Below the pieces are notes generated by a model that worked only from the letters and a program-made list of their open reading frames with translations, made no database searches and was not told the origin of the DNA. 55,963 nucleotides of DNA. Origin: Patescibacteria group bacterium (GTDB lineage Bacteria > Patescibacteriota > Microgenomatia > UBA1406 > GWC2-37-13). Of the stretch, positions 8,596-19,085 are shown piece after piece; within the stretch, counting starts at the first letter, position 1, and each line of letters begins with the position of its first letter. Both the position numbers and the translations under genes were made by a program. The stretch is taken from positions 1 to 55,963 of the forward strand of contig JAOAFI010000019.1 in assembly GCA_026416375.1 (NCBI GenBank). The letters are read 5' to 3'.

Positions 8596-10557
8596 TTAAA
8601 GACTTAAAGTTATTATTTTAATATTTTTTTCAAAAAAAGAAATAAAATTATTCAAAAAATAAATATTATTTTTAATAGTTAAATCATAATGATTAATATC
8701 AAAATTAGATCTTAAAATTTTTTCTATATTTTTCTTATTTTTTCCTTTTATTAAAAAAATAACTTTTTTTTCATCAATCTTTTTAATTGCTTTGCCATTT
8801 ATATTTAAAAAAATATTTAAATTATTTTTATTTTTTGTAATTTTTTCAAACTCAAAATTAATTTTTTCTTTTAATAAAACAAAATTATTATCTAGGTCTT
8901 TTCTTAATTCATTAAACAAATCATTTTTTAATTTTTTTTCAGAATAAATATAATAAACAACATTAACCTCAGCATCAAGATTTAAAGAATTAGACTCTTC
9001 TCCTAATTCTTTAGAAAATTTTTTATTAAAAATTTTATATTCTGTTAAATCTTTTAAAATTTTTTCATCTTTTGAAATTTTTATATTAAAATTGTATTTT
9101 TTTGATTTTTCTAAAATTTTATTTTCTAAATTATTCATATCTTTTAATGAAACTGTTCTTATTTCTTTTTTAGTTCCTCCTGTTAAAGATTTTTCATTTA
9201 TTGCAAAATATAAATTTTCCGATAAATTATTTATTTTAAAACGAGTTCCTTTTGAAAGATTTCCTTCACTTCCAATATTTTGAGCAATGATTTTTGCTTC
9301 TTTTTTTCCAGGAAGTTTCGCCGAAGCATCAGGAGTTATTGTTGAAGAAGATACTTTTATATCTTCTTCCAATAAAAATTTTATTCCTGAAGCTTCAAGT
9401 AAGGCACCTTTATTAAGAATTATTTCTTTATCATCAAAATTATGAAAAATTACTGTTCCTGAAGCTTTTTCTCCTATTTCTTTTTTTCCAGTAGTAGATA
9501 TAGTTTCAGAAAAATTAGCTGATAAAGTAGCAATTTTATAATCAATTTCTTTGTTTATTTTTTTATTTATTAATTTTGAAGGCAAATAAATAGTCAAAAT
9601 AGTTTTATGAAAAAAATATTCATTAACAAAAAAAATTAAAAAAATAAAAACAAATCCTAATAAAAACAAAAAATTATAATTTAAAAAATTTAATTTAAAA
9701 AATTTTAAAAATGAAAAAAAATTAATAATTTTATAATTTATTTTATTTAAATTAAAAAATTTATTATTATTTTCAATATCTTGATTAAAAACAAAACCAA
9801 AATTTTCTTCTTTTAAATTATTATTTTTCTCTTCTTTTTTTATTATTTGTTTAGAAAATATTCCAACCAAATTTTCTAATAGTTTTTCTTCATTAAGAAA
9901 TTCAATTTTAGGTTTTTCAATAAAATAATTTTCTTTCCATTGATAATTTATAAATTTTTCTACATTAAAATCAAAATCATAAATAATAATTCTTGAAGGC
10001 AATAAAATATTTTTATCTTTTAAATCAGACAAAGAAAAAATAAAATCATCAACTATATTGTCTGTTTTTCCTACTGTTTTTTTATAAAATAATTTTCCGT
10101 TTTGATAAACAAAAATAGTTATTTGATTTTCATCTGTTTCTAATAATATACCATTAAAAACAGATTTTTCTTTTTCTTCTATTGATAAAAAAATAGCTTC
10201 AAAACATTCAATATAACCTAAAACATCTAAATTAAGATCTTTAATTATTTTTTTTATTTTATTCAAATAAGGATTTTTTATATTTTTATTAATATCATCT
10301 ATTAAATGAGAATAAACAAAAAAAATTGTTTTTGAAATTGTTGTTTTATTTTTTTCTTCAATTTGATAAATAATTTCATCAATATCTTCTGTTAAGTTTT
10401 CCCAACCATTACTATAATCAAAATTAATTTTATCTTCAATAAAAACATTGTTTTTTTCTTTTTTTATAATAATTATTACTCCTTTCGTTTCTTTTAAGAA
10501 AATACCCAAATAATAATCATTATCTTTTTTATATTTATTAAAAAAAGAAAATAACAT
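8596..10557 (-). CDS. Bitopic membrane protein with baseplate J/gp47-like C-terminal domain
   Basis: Central TM followed by TGKKEIGEKASGTVIFHN...KF.L...A.NIGSEGN...LTGG, which resembles baseplate-J domains seen in CPR proteins. Confidence 0.6.
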   Translation of the reverse strand: MLFSFFNKYKKDNDYYLGIFLKETKGVIIIIKKEKNNVFIEDKINFDYSNGWENLTEDIDEIIYQIEEKNKTTISKTIFFVYSHLIDDINKNIKNPYLNKIKKIIKDLNLDVLGYIECFEAIFLSIEEKEKSVFNGILLETDENQITIFVYQNGKLFYKKTVGKTDNIVDDFIFSLSDLKDKNILLPSRIIIYDFDFNVEKFINYQWKENYFIEKPKIEFLNEEKLLENLVGIFSKQIIKKEEKNNNLKEENFGFVFNQDIENNNKFFNLNKINYKIINFFSFLKFFKLNFLNYNFLFLLGFVFIFLIFFVNEYFFHKTILTIYLPSKLINKKINKEIDYKIATLSANFSETISTTGKKEIGEKASGTVIFHNFDDKEIILNKGALLEASGIKFLLEEDIKVSSSTITPDASAKLPGKKEAKIIAQNIGSEGNLSKGTRFKINNLSENLYFAINEKSLTGGTKKEIRTVSLKDMNNLENKILEKSKKYNFNIKISKDEKILKDLTEYKIFNKKFSKELGEESNSLNLDAEVNVVYYIYSEKKLKNDLFNELRKDLDNNFVLLKEKINFEFEKITKNKNNLNIFLNINGKAIKKIDEKKVIFLIKGKNKKNIEKILRSNFDINHYDLTIKNNIYFLNNFISFFEKNIKIITLSL

Positions 10558-10596
10558 ATTTTATTTTTAAAAATATTTATAATATAAAAAAATATT

Positions 10597-12069
10597 TTAA
10601 TAATTTATGTTATACTTTGTAAATACTTGTTTTATTCCTTGATCAGCAGTTTTTAAAGCTTCATCATAACTAACACCCTGTATCGTGCTATTTATTGCAT
10701 TTTCAATATAACGAATAATCTCATCATTTAAACCATTATCAAAAGTTCTTGAAATAAGAGGTAAAGATATATAATTGTCAGATTGTTTTAAAACCGAACC
10801 TAAATATTCATTTTGAATTAAAATATTTTTCAAATCAACTCTTGAATAAGCAAAACCAAACAATCGAAAACGACTAGCAATTTCATAAAGTTTTGTTAAA
10901 TTTTCTTTTTCTGATAAAAATTTTATAAATTTCCAAGCCTCAATTTGATTTTTACTATAACGAGAAACTCCTTCTACCCAATAATTAGCTAAAGATACTA
11001 AATCAGAACCAGGAATAATTGGAACATTAATTACTTTTATTTTTAATTCAGGATTAATAGATTTTATAGTTAATATTTGCCAAGAAGGAACAATAATCAT
11101 AGCTACTTTTTCTTGAACAAAAGCATTTATAGAATTAGGCATTTCCTCACTCCAAAAATTATTTGGTGGTTCAGAAAATCTTCTAAAAGTTTTTAAAGCT
11201 TCAGATGCTTCTTTTGATTTTAATTGATTTAAATTATCAAGACCATTTTGAATTAAAAATAAACCAAAAATGTCGGAAAAATGTTCTAAATTATTAGTTG
11301 TCCCAATAGCTATTCCAGATGTAATAATGTTTCCATTAATATCTTTAACAGTTAATTTCGGAACAATATTTGAAACATCATCCCATGTTGATGGATAAAA
11401 ATCTATTCCTGCTTTTTTAAAAAGATCTTGATTACAAACTAAAACCAAACCATCTATCATTAATGGAATACCGTAATAATAATTTCCAACTTTTAAATCT
11501 TTTTGATGAATCTTATAAAAAATTTTTTCAAAATCAGAATTACTCATAATTTGTTTTGGTAAAGGAGCTAATACTTCTTTTAATTCAGGTACCCAAGTAT
11601 TATGAAATCTAAAAATATCCGGTCCTTGATTTAATTTACTTCGAGCAATAAGTTTATCACGATAATTTTCTGGAGACATTTTAATATATTCTATTTTTAC
11701 ATTTGAATTTTTTTGTTGATATTCATCAATTAAAGGCTGAATTATTTGTTTATCTTCCCATAATCCCCAGTAAATTAAATTAACTGGTTTTAATGATTTA
11801 TTTTTCCCAAATAAAGATTTTATTAAAAATAAAAAAAGAAAAAATAAAATAACACCAATAAAAATTATTAAAAAATATTGATTTTTATTTTCTTGAAAAA
11901 TAGGAGGCAAATTATTATAAGAATAATTATTTGTTTGTTTAGGATCGACATATTCTTCAGGAGCTTCTTCAATTCCAATATTAGCATTAGATTCTTGATC
12001 TACAGAAACAGTTTCAAAAATTGGTTTTTCTTGTTGATTTTGTTGTGAGTTTTGATTATTATCATCCAT
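10597..12069 (-). CDS. Extracellular sugar-type solute-binding protein (ABC family 1)
   Basis: TM anchor then YWGLWE, GPDIF, YGIPL..DGLVL..N.DLF..AG...P.TWDD and AWKFIKFL. Confidence 0.85.
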   Translation of the reverse strand: MDDNNQNSQQNQQEKPIFETVSVDQESNANIGIEEAPEEYVDPKQTNNYSYNNLPPIFQENKNQYFLIIFIGVILFFLFLFLIKSLFGKNKSLKPVNLIYWGLWEDKQIIQPLIDEYQQKNSNVKIEYIKMSPENYRDKLIARSKLNQGPDIFRFHNTWVPELKEVLAPLPKQIMSNSDFEKIFYKIHQKDLKVGNYYYGIPLMIDGLVLVCNQDLFKKAGIDFYPSTWDDVSNIVPKLTVKDINGNIITSGIAIGTTNNLEHFSDIFGLFLIQNGLDNLNQLKSKEASEALKTFRRFSEPPNNFWSEEMPNSINAFVQEKVAMIIVPSWQILTIKSINPELKIKVINVPIIPGSDLVSLANYWVEGVSRYSKNQIEAWKFIKFLSEKENLTKLYEIASRFRLFGFAYSRVDLKNILIQNEYLGSVLKQSDNYISLPLISRTFDNGLNDEIIRYIENAINSTIQGVSYDEALKTADQGIKQVFTKYNINY

Positions 12070-12075
12070 AATACT

Positions 12076-13479
12076 ATGGTATCAAAAAATTTAAAAAAAA
12101 TCTTTAAAATATCTTATTTTTTTATTGCAATTATTTTAGGATTATTATTTTTTGTAATATTAACTTTTAATAAATTCAATAATAAATATAAAAACACAAT
12201 CTATCCAAATGTTTATATTGATAATATTGATTTTTCAGGAAAATCAAAAAATGAAGTTTTAAATTATTTTGATAAAAAATCTTTATCTCTAAAAAAAATA
12301 AATTTTTATTTTTTAATTGATAATCAAAAAATTTCTAGTTTTTCTGGAGAACAACTAAAATTAAAATATGATGGAGAAACTGCTTGGCTAAGAGCATATT
12401 ATATTGGCAGATCTAATTCTAATATTTCATCTATTTATCAAAGAATTTTAAGTTTTTTTTCTTTAAAAAAATTTTATTTTGAAAGTAATATTAATTTTGA
12501 TAGTGACTTAATAAAAAGTTATCTTTATGTATTTAAAGAACAATATGATAAACCAGCAAAAAATGCTCTATTTGAATTTAAAAATAATAAAGTTATTAAT
12601 TTTAGAAAAGAAGAATATGGAAAAGAAATTGATATTAATTCTGTTATTTTTGATTTTAAAAAAATTTTAATTTCTTTAAAAAATAAAAAAGAAGATAAAA
12701 AAATAATAATTCATCCCATAACTTTAAAACCAGAAATTACTCTTTCTTCAATAAATAATTTTGGCATTGAAGAATTAATTAGTATTGGAAAATCTGATTT
12801 TACTAATTCTATTTCTAGCCGTATTCACAATTTAAAATTAGCATCATCAAAATTTCATGGAATATTAATTTCTAAAGAAAAAATATTGTCTTTTAATGAA
12901 ACAGTTGGAGAAATTTCTTCTTTAACTGGCTATCAACCAGCTTATATTATAAAAGATGGAAAAACTATTTTAGGAGATGGCGGCGGTATTTGTCAGGTAT
13001 CAACAACTCTTTTTCGTGCAGCTTTAAATGCCGGACTCGAAATCATCGAGAGAAATTCTCATGCCTATAGAGTTTCTTATTATGAAAATGATATGGAACC
13101 TGGTTTTGATGCAACAGTTTTTGCTCCGAATGTAGATCTGAAAATAAAAAACAACACTCCTGCCTATATCTTAATTCAAATATCAATAGATGAAAAAAAC
13201 AATCTTTTATATTTTTATCTTTATGGAAAAAAAGATAACAGAAAAATTGAAATTTCAAAACCAACTATTTGGGATATAATTCCTCCGCCACAACCAAAAT
13301 ATCAAGAAGATCCTATTCTTAAAAAGGGAATAATTAAACAAATTGATTTTTCTTCATGGGGCGCAAAAACAGTTTTTAAATATAAAGTTTATAAAAATAA
13401 TAAATTAATCATTGATAAAGATATTTATTCTTATTATCGTCCTTGGCAAGCAGTATATTTAATTGGAACAGCTGATTAA
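12076..13479 (+). CDS. VanW family protein with putative peptidoglycan-binding domain
   Basis: Likely ATG at 12076, TM, IYPNVYID, SFNETVG, GGGICQVSTTLFRAAL, ER..H and GFDATV. Confidence 0.9.
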   Translation: MVSKNLKKIFKISYFFIAIILGLLFFVILTFNKFNNKYKNTIYPNVYIDNIDFSGKSKNEVLNYFDKKSLSLKKINFYFLIDNQKISSFSGEQLKLKYDGETAWLRAYYIGRSNSNISSIYQRILSFFSLKKFYFESNINFDSDLIKSYLYVFKEQYDKPAKNALFEFKNNKVINFRKEEYGKEIDINSVIFDFKKILISLKNKKEDKKIIIHPITLKPEITLSSINNFGIEELISIGKSDFTNSISSRIHNLKLASSKFHGILISKEKILSFNETVGEISSLTGYQPAYIIKDGKTILGDGGGICQVSTTLFRAALNAGLEIIERNSHAYRVSYYENDMEPGFDATVFAPNVDLKIKNNTPAYILIQISIDEKNNLLYFYLYGKKDNRKIEISKPTIWDIIPPPQPKYQEDPILKKGIIKQIDFSSWGAKTVFKYKVYKNNKLIIDKDIYSYYRPWQAVYLIGTAD

Positions 13480-13481
13480 AA

Positions 13482-14078
13482 TTATCTAAACCATCTAGCT
13501 CTGCCTAATTTATATTTTAAATTTTTTATTTTTCTTTCTCCAATTATTTTTGCCGGCACTCCTCCAACAATAGCATAAGGAGGAATATCTTTTGTAACAA
13601 CAGCACCAGCAGCCACAACCGCGCCTTTGCCAATTTTTACTCCTGGAAGAATAATTGCTCTTGGACCAATAAAACAATAATCATCAATAAAAATAGAATT
13701 ATCAATAGCATTAAAATCCGGAGAATTAATATCATGTTCGCTATTATAAATCATTACTTGACTGGCAATATCAACATGATCACCAATAATTAACTTATCT
13801 CTGCCGTCTAAAATACAATCTTCGCCAATTATTGTATCATTACCAATAGATATATTTTTTGGATCATAAAACTTTGCTCCTGTATGAATAGTTGATCCTT
13901 TGCCAATTTTTATACCTGATAATCTATAAAAAAATCTTCTAATATAATGAGATGGGATTAATCCAATTATGTGAAGAAAAAAAACTTCAAACTCTAAAAT
14001 AATATTTTTAATTCTGTCAATAATTTTTAAAATAAGTTCTTTAAATGTCAGTTTTTTTCCTATTTTGTCTTTAAACAT
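13482..14078 (-). CDS. Hexapeptide-repeat O-acyltransferase
   Basis: Left-handed beta-helix repeats and ILPGVKIGKGAVVAAGAVVTKD..PYAIVGGVPAKII. Start at ATG 14078, 6 nt after a TATAAT. Confidence 0.9.
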   Translation of the reverse strand: MFKDKIGKKLTFKELILKIIDRIKNIILEFEVFFLHIIGLIPSHYIRRFFYRLSGIKIGKGSTIHTGAKFYDPKNISIGNDTIIGEDCILDGRDKLIIGDHVDIASQVMIYNSEHDINSPDFNAIDNSIFIDDYCFIGPRAIILPGVKIGKGAVVAAGAVVTKDIPPYAIVGGVPAKIIGERKIKNLKYKLGRARWFR

Positions 14079-14146
14079 AAAGATATTATAATGATTCAAG
14101 ATTAAAAATTCAAAAATCAAAAATAAAAAAATAAATCATTAAAACT

Positions 14147-15895
14147 CTAATCTAAAAATCTTGATTTTAAAGAATAAGAAATTCCACCAAAAATAAAACG
14201 CTTTTTAGCATAAGTAATAAAAAGCTCATCTTTTGCTCTTGTTATTCCAACATAAAAAAGTCTTCTCTCTTCTTCAATTAAAAGCATATCATCTAATGAT
14301 TTACTATGAGGAAGAATTCCCTCTTCTACTCCGCAAATAAAAACAACAGAAAATTCTAAACCTTTTGCTTGATGAAGAGTCATTAATCTTACTGCATCTT
14401 TTTCTTTTCGTTTTTTTTCATATTCAAAATATTCTGATTCAACTAAAGATACTTGTTGCAAAAAATCTAATAAATTAGGAAAAGATAAAGCTACTGATTT
14501 TAATTCTCTTATATTTTCAATTCTTGAATAATCTTCTTCATTATTTATATCATATTGATCAAGATAATTTGTTGATTTAAGAATTTCTTCAATTAATTGG
14601 TCAGTTGTTTTTTTTAAAAAAAAATCTTTATTTTTTTGATAATAATCCTGAAATTTTTTAAATCTATTTTTTCCAAGTTTTATAATTCTATCTATTGATA
14701 ATTTATCATTAGGATTAATAATTAACCTAAGATAACTTAATATATCTTTTATTTCTTTTCTTTCATAAAATCTCGTTCCACCAATTAACATATAAGGAAT
14801 ACTTTTGTGTAAAAAAATTTCTTCAATTGTTCTAGATTGAGCATTAGTTCTATATAAAACAGCTATTTCTTTTAAAGAATATTTTCTATTAAGATTATCA
14901 ATAGAATTAACGATAAAAAATCCTTCATCTTCTTCATTCTCAGCTTCATAAAAAATAATTTCATTTCCTTTTTTTTTATTAGTTTTCAAATAAAGAATTG
15001 GATGAGTTTTATTTTTTGAGATTACTTTATAAGCAAAATCTAAAATATTTTGAGTTGATCGATAATTTTGTTCTAAATAAAAAATTTTTGTTTCTGGAAA
15101 ATCTTTTTCTATTTTTTTTAAATTCTCAATTTCAGCTCCTCTCCAAGAATAAATACTTTGAGAAAAATCACCAACAACAGTAATTTTTCTATTTTTTTCA
15201 GCTAAAAGTTTAATTAAAACATATTGAACCAAATTAGTATCTTGAAATTCATCAACTAAAATATATTGATAATTATTTTGATATTTTTCTAAAACATCTT
15301 TTTTTTTAAAAAATAATTCAACTGTTTTATTTAACAAATCATCAAAATCAACAGCGTTATTTTTTTCTAATTCTTTTTGATATTCTTGATAAATTAAAAA
15401 AACATTTGAAGCGTTGTAATCATTATAAAAATCTAAGTATTTAGAATAATAAATCATTTTGTTTTTAGCTGATGAAATTCTATTTAAAAAATATGATGCT
15501 GAATTTTTTTGATTTAAATTCATTTTTTTTAAAATTGATTTTAAAAGAGACAGTTGATCATTTTCATCATAAATCAAAAAATTTTTTTTTAAATTTACAA
15601 GTTCTCCGTCTATTCTTAAAACTTTGGCACAAAAAGAATGAAAAGTACCAATATATCCCAAATGATAACTTAAACCTATTCTTTTTTTCATCTCTTCAGC
15701 TGCTTTATTAGTAAAAGTAATCATTAAAATATTTTTTGGATTAATAAAATAATTTTTTATCAAATTAATAACTTTAGCTATTAAAACTCTAGTTTTTCCG
15801 CTTCCTGCTCCAGCTAAAATAACCGAAGGACCGTTTATATAAAAAACTGCTTCTTTTTGAGAAGAATTTAAATTATTAAAAATATTACTTTCCAT
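14147..15895 (-). CDS. UvrD/PcrA-family SF1A DNA helicase, short form
   Basis: AGAGSGKT, TFTNKAA, DEFQD, GDFSQSIYSWRGA, NYRST, TLHQAKGLEF and EERRLFYVGITRA. Confidence 0.93.
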   Translation of the reverse strand: MESNIFNNLNSSQKEAVFYINGPSVILAGAGSGKTRVLIAKVINLIKNYFINPKNILMITFTNKAAEEMKKRIGLSYHLGYIGTFHSFCAKVLRIDGELVNLKKNFLIYDENDQLSLLKSILKKMNLNQKNSASYFLNRISSAKNKMIYYSKYLDFYNDYNASNVFLIYQEYQKELEKNNAVDFDDLLNKTVELFFKKKDVLEKYQNNYQYILVDEFQDTNLVQYVLIKLLAEKNRKITVVGDFSQSIYSWRGAEIENLKKIEKDFPETKIFYLEQNYRSTQNILDFAYKVISKNKTHPILYLKTNKKKGNEIIFYEAENEEDEGFFIVNSIDNLNRKYSLKEIAVLYRTNAQSRTIEEIFLHKSIPYMLIGGTRFYERKEIKDILSYLRLIINPNDKLSIDRIIKLGKNRFKKFQDYYQKNKDFFLKKTTDQLIEEILKSTNYLDQYDINNEEDYSRIENIRELKSVALSFPNLLDFLQQVSLVESEYFEYEKKRKEKDAVRLMTLHQAKGLEFSVVFICGVEEGILPHSKSLDDMLLIEEERRLFYVGITRAKDELFITYAKKRFIFGGISYSLKSRFLD

Positions 15896-15899
15896 AAAG

Positions 15900-15909
15900 T
15901 ATAATTATA
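15900..15909. promoter_or_regulatory. Overlapping divergent -10 boxes (TATAATTATA palindrome)
   Basis: TATAAT on both strands in the 24-bp gap between the helicase and LCP start codons. Confidence 0.55.
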
Positions 15910-15919
15910 TTTAAAAAAT

Positions 15920-16933
15920 ATGATAAATATAAACTGGAAAATCAAAATTTTAATTATCTTATTCATTTTAATTTATTTAATTTATTTAATTATTAAACCA
16001 TATATTGTTTTTTTTAATCAAGAATTAAAAATATCTTTAATAAAAACATTGTTTTCAAAAAACTCATTAAAAATATATAATGATCAAGTAAATATTTTAT
16101 TACTTGGAATCGCTGGAGAAAATCATGATGGCCCAAATCTTTCTGATTCAATTAATGTAATTAATTACAATTTTAAAAAAAATAATTTAGCTACAATTTC
16201 AATTCCTCGTGATATTTGGAGTCAAACCTTAAAAGATAAAATAAATTCAGCTTATGCCTATGGAGAAGTAAAAAAACCAGGATCAGGAGGTTTTATTTTA
16301 GCTAAAGCAGAAATATCTGAGATTATTGGAATGCCAATTCAATATGCAGTTGTTATAAATTTTGAACAATTTAAAGAATTAATTGATTTTTTAGGAGGAA
16401 TTGATGTTGAAATAGAAAATTCTTTTATTGATAAAAAATTTCCAATTAAAGGAAAAGAAAACGATAGTTGTAATGGTGATCCAGAATATAAATGTCGTTA
16501 TGAAACAATCATATTTAAAAAAGGAATTACTCATATGAATGGCGAAACTGCTTTAAAATTTATTCGTTCGCGTCATGCTGAAGGAATTGAGGGTACGGAT
16601 TTTGCCAGAGAAAAAAGACAACAAAAAGTTATTGAATCAATAAAAAACAAAATAATTAATGAAATAAAAAAACCTAATTTAAAGAATTATAAAAATATTT
16701 ATATAATTTTTAACAAATTAATAAAAAGAGATATTTCAAATCAAGAAATTTCAATAATATTAAAAAATATATTATTTAAAAAAGATTTAAAACAAAAAAA
16801 AATAATTTTAGACCAAAATTTTTTTATTAATCCATCTTTAAATGATAATAAATATAATAATCTTTGGGTTATTATACCAAAAAATAATGATTATTCAGAA
16901 ATCCATAAATATATTAAAAATAATCTAGAATAA
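15920..16933 (+). CDS. LCP (LytR-CpsA-Psr) family glycopolymer transferase
   Basis: NILLLGI, LSDSI, ISIPRD, KINSAY, G..ALKFIRSRH and DFAREKRQQ. Confidence 0.93.
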   Translation: MININWKIKILIILFILIYLIYLIIKPYIVFFNQELKISLIKTLFSKNSLKIYNDQVNILLLGIAGENHDGPNLSDSINVINYNFKKNNLATISIPRDIWSQTLKDKINSAYAYGEVKKPGSGGFILAKAEISEIIGMPIQYAVVINFEQFKELIDFLGGIDVEIENSFIDKKFPIKGKENDSCNGDPEYKCRYETIIFKKGITHMNGETALKFIRSRHAEGIEGTDFAREKRQQKVIESIKNKIINEIKKPNLKNYKNIYIIFNKLIKRDISNQEISIILKNILFKKDLKQKKIILDQNFFINPSLNDNKYNNLWVIIPKNNDYSEIHKYIKNNLE

Positions 16934-16940
16934 AAATAAA

Positions 16941-17564
16941 TTAAATAATTAAAGACAAGAAAATTAATAAAAAAGATGAAAAAAAAATAATCAAACTTTT
17001 ATTTGTTATTCCAGATGTAGGTAATTGAATAATCTTTGTAGGCGAAATAATTTTATTATTTAAAATAGTTATGGTTGGAGTAATTATTTCATTATTTTTT
17101 TCTAATAAACTAATAAATAAAGATGGAGATATTAAAATAGTTTCTCTTAAAGAAGGCGTTAGTATTGGCGATAAATAAAGATTTTTTATTATTTCATTTT
17201 TTTTATTAAATGAATTGTTATTAATATTATTTGAATTTAATTCTTTTTTTTGATTTATTTTAAAATTAAAAAATAGAAATGCAAAAAAAATAATCAAAAT
17301 TAATATTAATCCATAAAAAAAAATATTTATTTTCTTATCTTCTACAGAATAAGAATTAATTATTTTATTATTTTTATCTGATAAAGAAGTATAATTTATT
17401 TTATTTGAAATATTTTCATTAAAATCAGGAATTTTAAATTTTTTTATTTTAAAATAAATTTCTTTTCTAAATAAATAAAATTGATAAATCAAAAAAATAA
17501 TTATAATAAAAAACAATATTAAACTTATTTTATTAATATAAATTAAAATTTCAAAAAGATTCAT
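16941..17564 (-). CDS. Membrane protein with C-terminal LPxTG-like sorting signal (LPTSG)
   Basis: Two TMs, a Pro/Thr/Ser-rich linker, then QLPTSG and a terminal hydrophobic helix. Confidence 0.55.
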   Translation of the reverse strand: MNLFEILIYINKISLILFFIIIIFLIYQFYLFRKEIYFKIKKFKIPDFNENISNKINYTSLSDKNNKIINSYSVEDKKINIFFYGLILILIIFFAFLFFNFKINQKKELNSNNINNNSFNKKNEIIKNLYLSPILTPSLRETILISPSLFISLLEKNNEIITPTITILNNKIISPTKIIQLPTSGITNKSLIIFFSSFLLIFLSLII

Positions 17565-17577
17565 AAAATATTTAAAA

Positions 17578-18906
17578 TTAAAAAAACAATAAAAATCCTA
17601 AAGCAAAAATAATAAAAATAAAACTTAAAAAAATATAGAAAAAATTTACAGTTCCTAATCCTGGAATTTTATCTACAACAGTAGTTTTTGTTTGTTGAGT
17701 TTTTGTATTTAAAATAGTTGGCGTATTAAAAATTGTTGGAATTTCTGTTATTATTTTTGGTGTAATATTAATATTTGATTCATCAGTAGCAGTACCTAAA
17801 ACTCTTCCTTCAAAAACATCATTGCCAATAATAGTAAAATTTCTTTCTAGTTTTATTTTTTCTTTTTTTTCATTTTCTGTCAAAATTGTTAATTTATATT
17901 TTCCCAAAGACAAATCTTGATCTAAAAAATAATTCCAAATACCATCTTCATCAGATTTAACAATATCAGAATATTTTTTATCTTTTGAAAATATATTTAT
18001 TAAAACATAAGAAAAAGGCAAAGCAGTTCCTTTTATTATTGGTTTTTTTCCTGGAATAAAAGAGTTTTCTTTAGGATATATAATATCAATAGTATTTTTT
18101 TTAAATTCATAACTATCTCTAGCCGATAAAACATTATTTTCTTTGTTTTCTAAAAAATTATATTTTTTTCCAATTATAAATATATTATTTTCATTTATTA
18201 ATTTATTTAAATTAGTTTTTATAAAAGTTTCTTGATTATTTTCACTAAAAATATTAAGTGTTACTTCCTGATTCAAATTAATTATTTCTTCTTTAAAACT
18301 TTCTTTATTATAAAAAGAATTTAAAGAAATAATCCATTCTCCAGAGTTTTTTATTAAATAAGATAATGGAAATATATTTTTGTTATTAAAATTTAATAGA
18401 ATAACACCACTATTTAAAGGAGATAAATTATTTTCAAATATTTTTCCATTTATTGTATTAATCTTATTTAAATTAGAAAATATTTCTGGAGTTTTAAAAG
18501 ATAAATATTTATTGATAGTTTTTTTATTATCAATAATAATTAAAAAATAATAAGTTTTTCCTGGTGATAAATTTTTTAATGTTGAATAATGATTAAAATA
18601 ACTTTTTTTATTAATTTCTGTATCTCTATCATCAAAAGCTATTTTATCAAGTTTATTTTTATTTTCTCCATAAATAATCCAACTAATTTTTTTTTCACTA
18701 GTTTGCCAAAATATATTAACTTGAATTGGGCTTAAATTTGTAATTTCAATTTTTTTTATAAAATTTAAATCTGCTTTAGATGGTTTTGGAGAATTATTAT
18801 AAAAAAAATAATTTAAAAATATAAAAAAAGAAAACAAAATTAAAAAAATAAAAAAAAATTTAGATATTTTTTGTTTTTGATTTAAATAAATTTTTGAATA
18901 TATCAT
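17578..18906 (-). CDS. Surface protein with FN3-like and Ig-like domains and C-terminal IPxxG plus TM
   Basis: ITNL...V.IFW.T...I.YG...H...LKNLSPGKTYYF (FN3-like), P.IKG.A.P...DG.W...L..GKY.L (Ig-like), Thr-rich linker and KIPGLG-TM. Confidence 0.65.
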   Translation of the reverse strand: MIYSKIYLNQKQKISKFFFIFLILFSFFIFLNYFFYNNSPKPSKADLNFIKKIEITNLSPIQVNIFWQTSEKKISWIIYGENKNKLDKIAFDDRDTEINKKSYFNHYSTLKNLSPGKTYYFLIIIDNKKTINKYLSFKTPEIFSNLNKINTINGKIFENNLSPLNSGVILLNFNNKNIFPLSYLIKNSGEWIISLNSFYNKESFKEEIINLNQEVTLNIFSENNQETFIKTNLNKLINENNIFIIGKKYNFLENKENNVLSARDSYEFKKNTIDIIYPKENSFIPGKKPIIKGTALPFSYVLINIFSKDKKYSDIVKSDEDGIWNYFLDQDLSLGKYKLTILTENEKKEKIKLERNFTIIGNDVFEGRVLGTATDESNINITPKIITEIPTIFNTPTILNTKTQQTKTTVVDKIPGLGTVNFFYIFLSFIFIIFALGFLLFF

Positions 18907-19085
18907 TTTTTATTTTCAATAATTCTTAAAACTTCTTTATTAATTTTATAATTTTCTATTTTAGGAATATCTATTTCAATTTTTGATTTTTTTCTATTAT
19001 TTATATAATAAATATCCGCAACAATCCAAGCAATAATTGTTAAAAAAATACCAATTGTAATATAAAGAACTTCTTTTTTATTCAT
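18903..19085 (-). CDS. Small single-TM hypothetical protein
   Basis: 60 aa with one TM and ATGA overlaps with both neighbours. Confidence 0.7.
   Translation of the reverse strand: MNKKEVLYITIGIFLTIIAWIVADIYYINNRKKSKIEIDIPKIENYKINKEVLRIIENKK

Noticed and set aside
8596-10557. Prophage or contractile injection system implied by the baseplate-J-like gene
   Set aside because: No sheath, tube, spike, capsid or terminase genes are present, and the protein has a TM helix and housekeeping neighbours.
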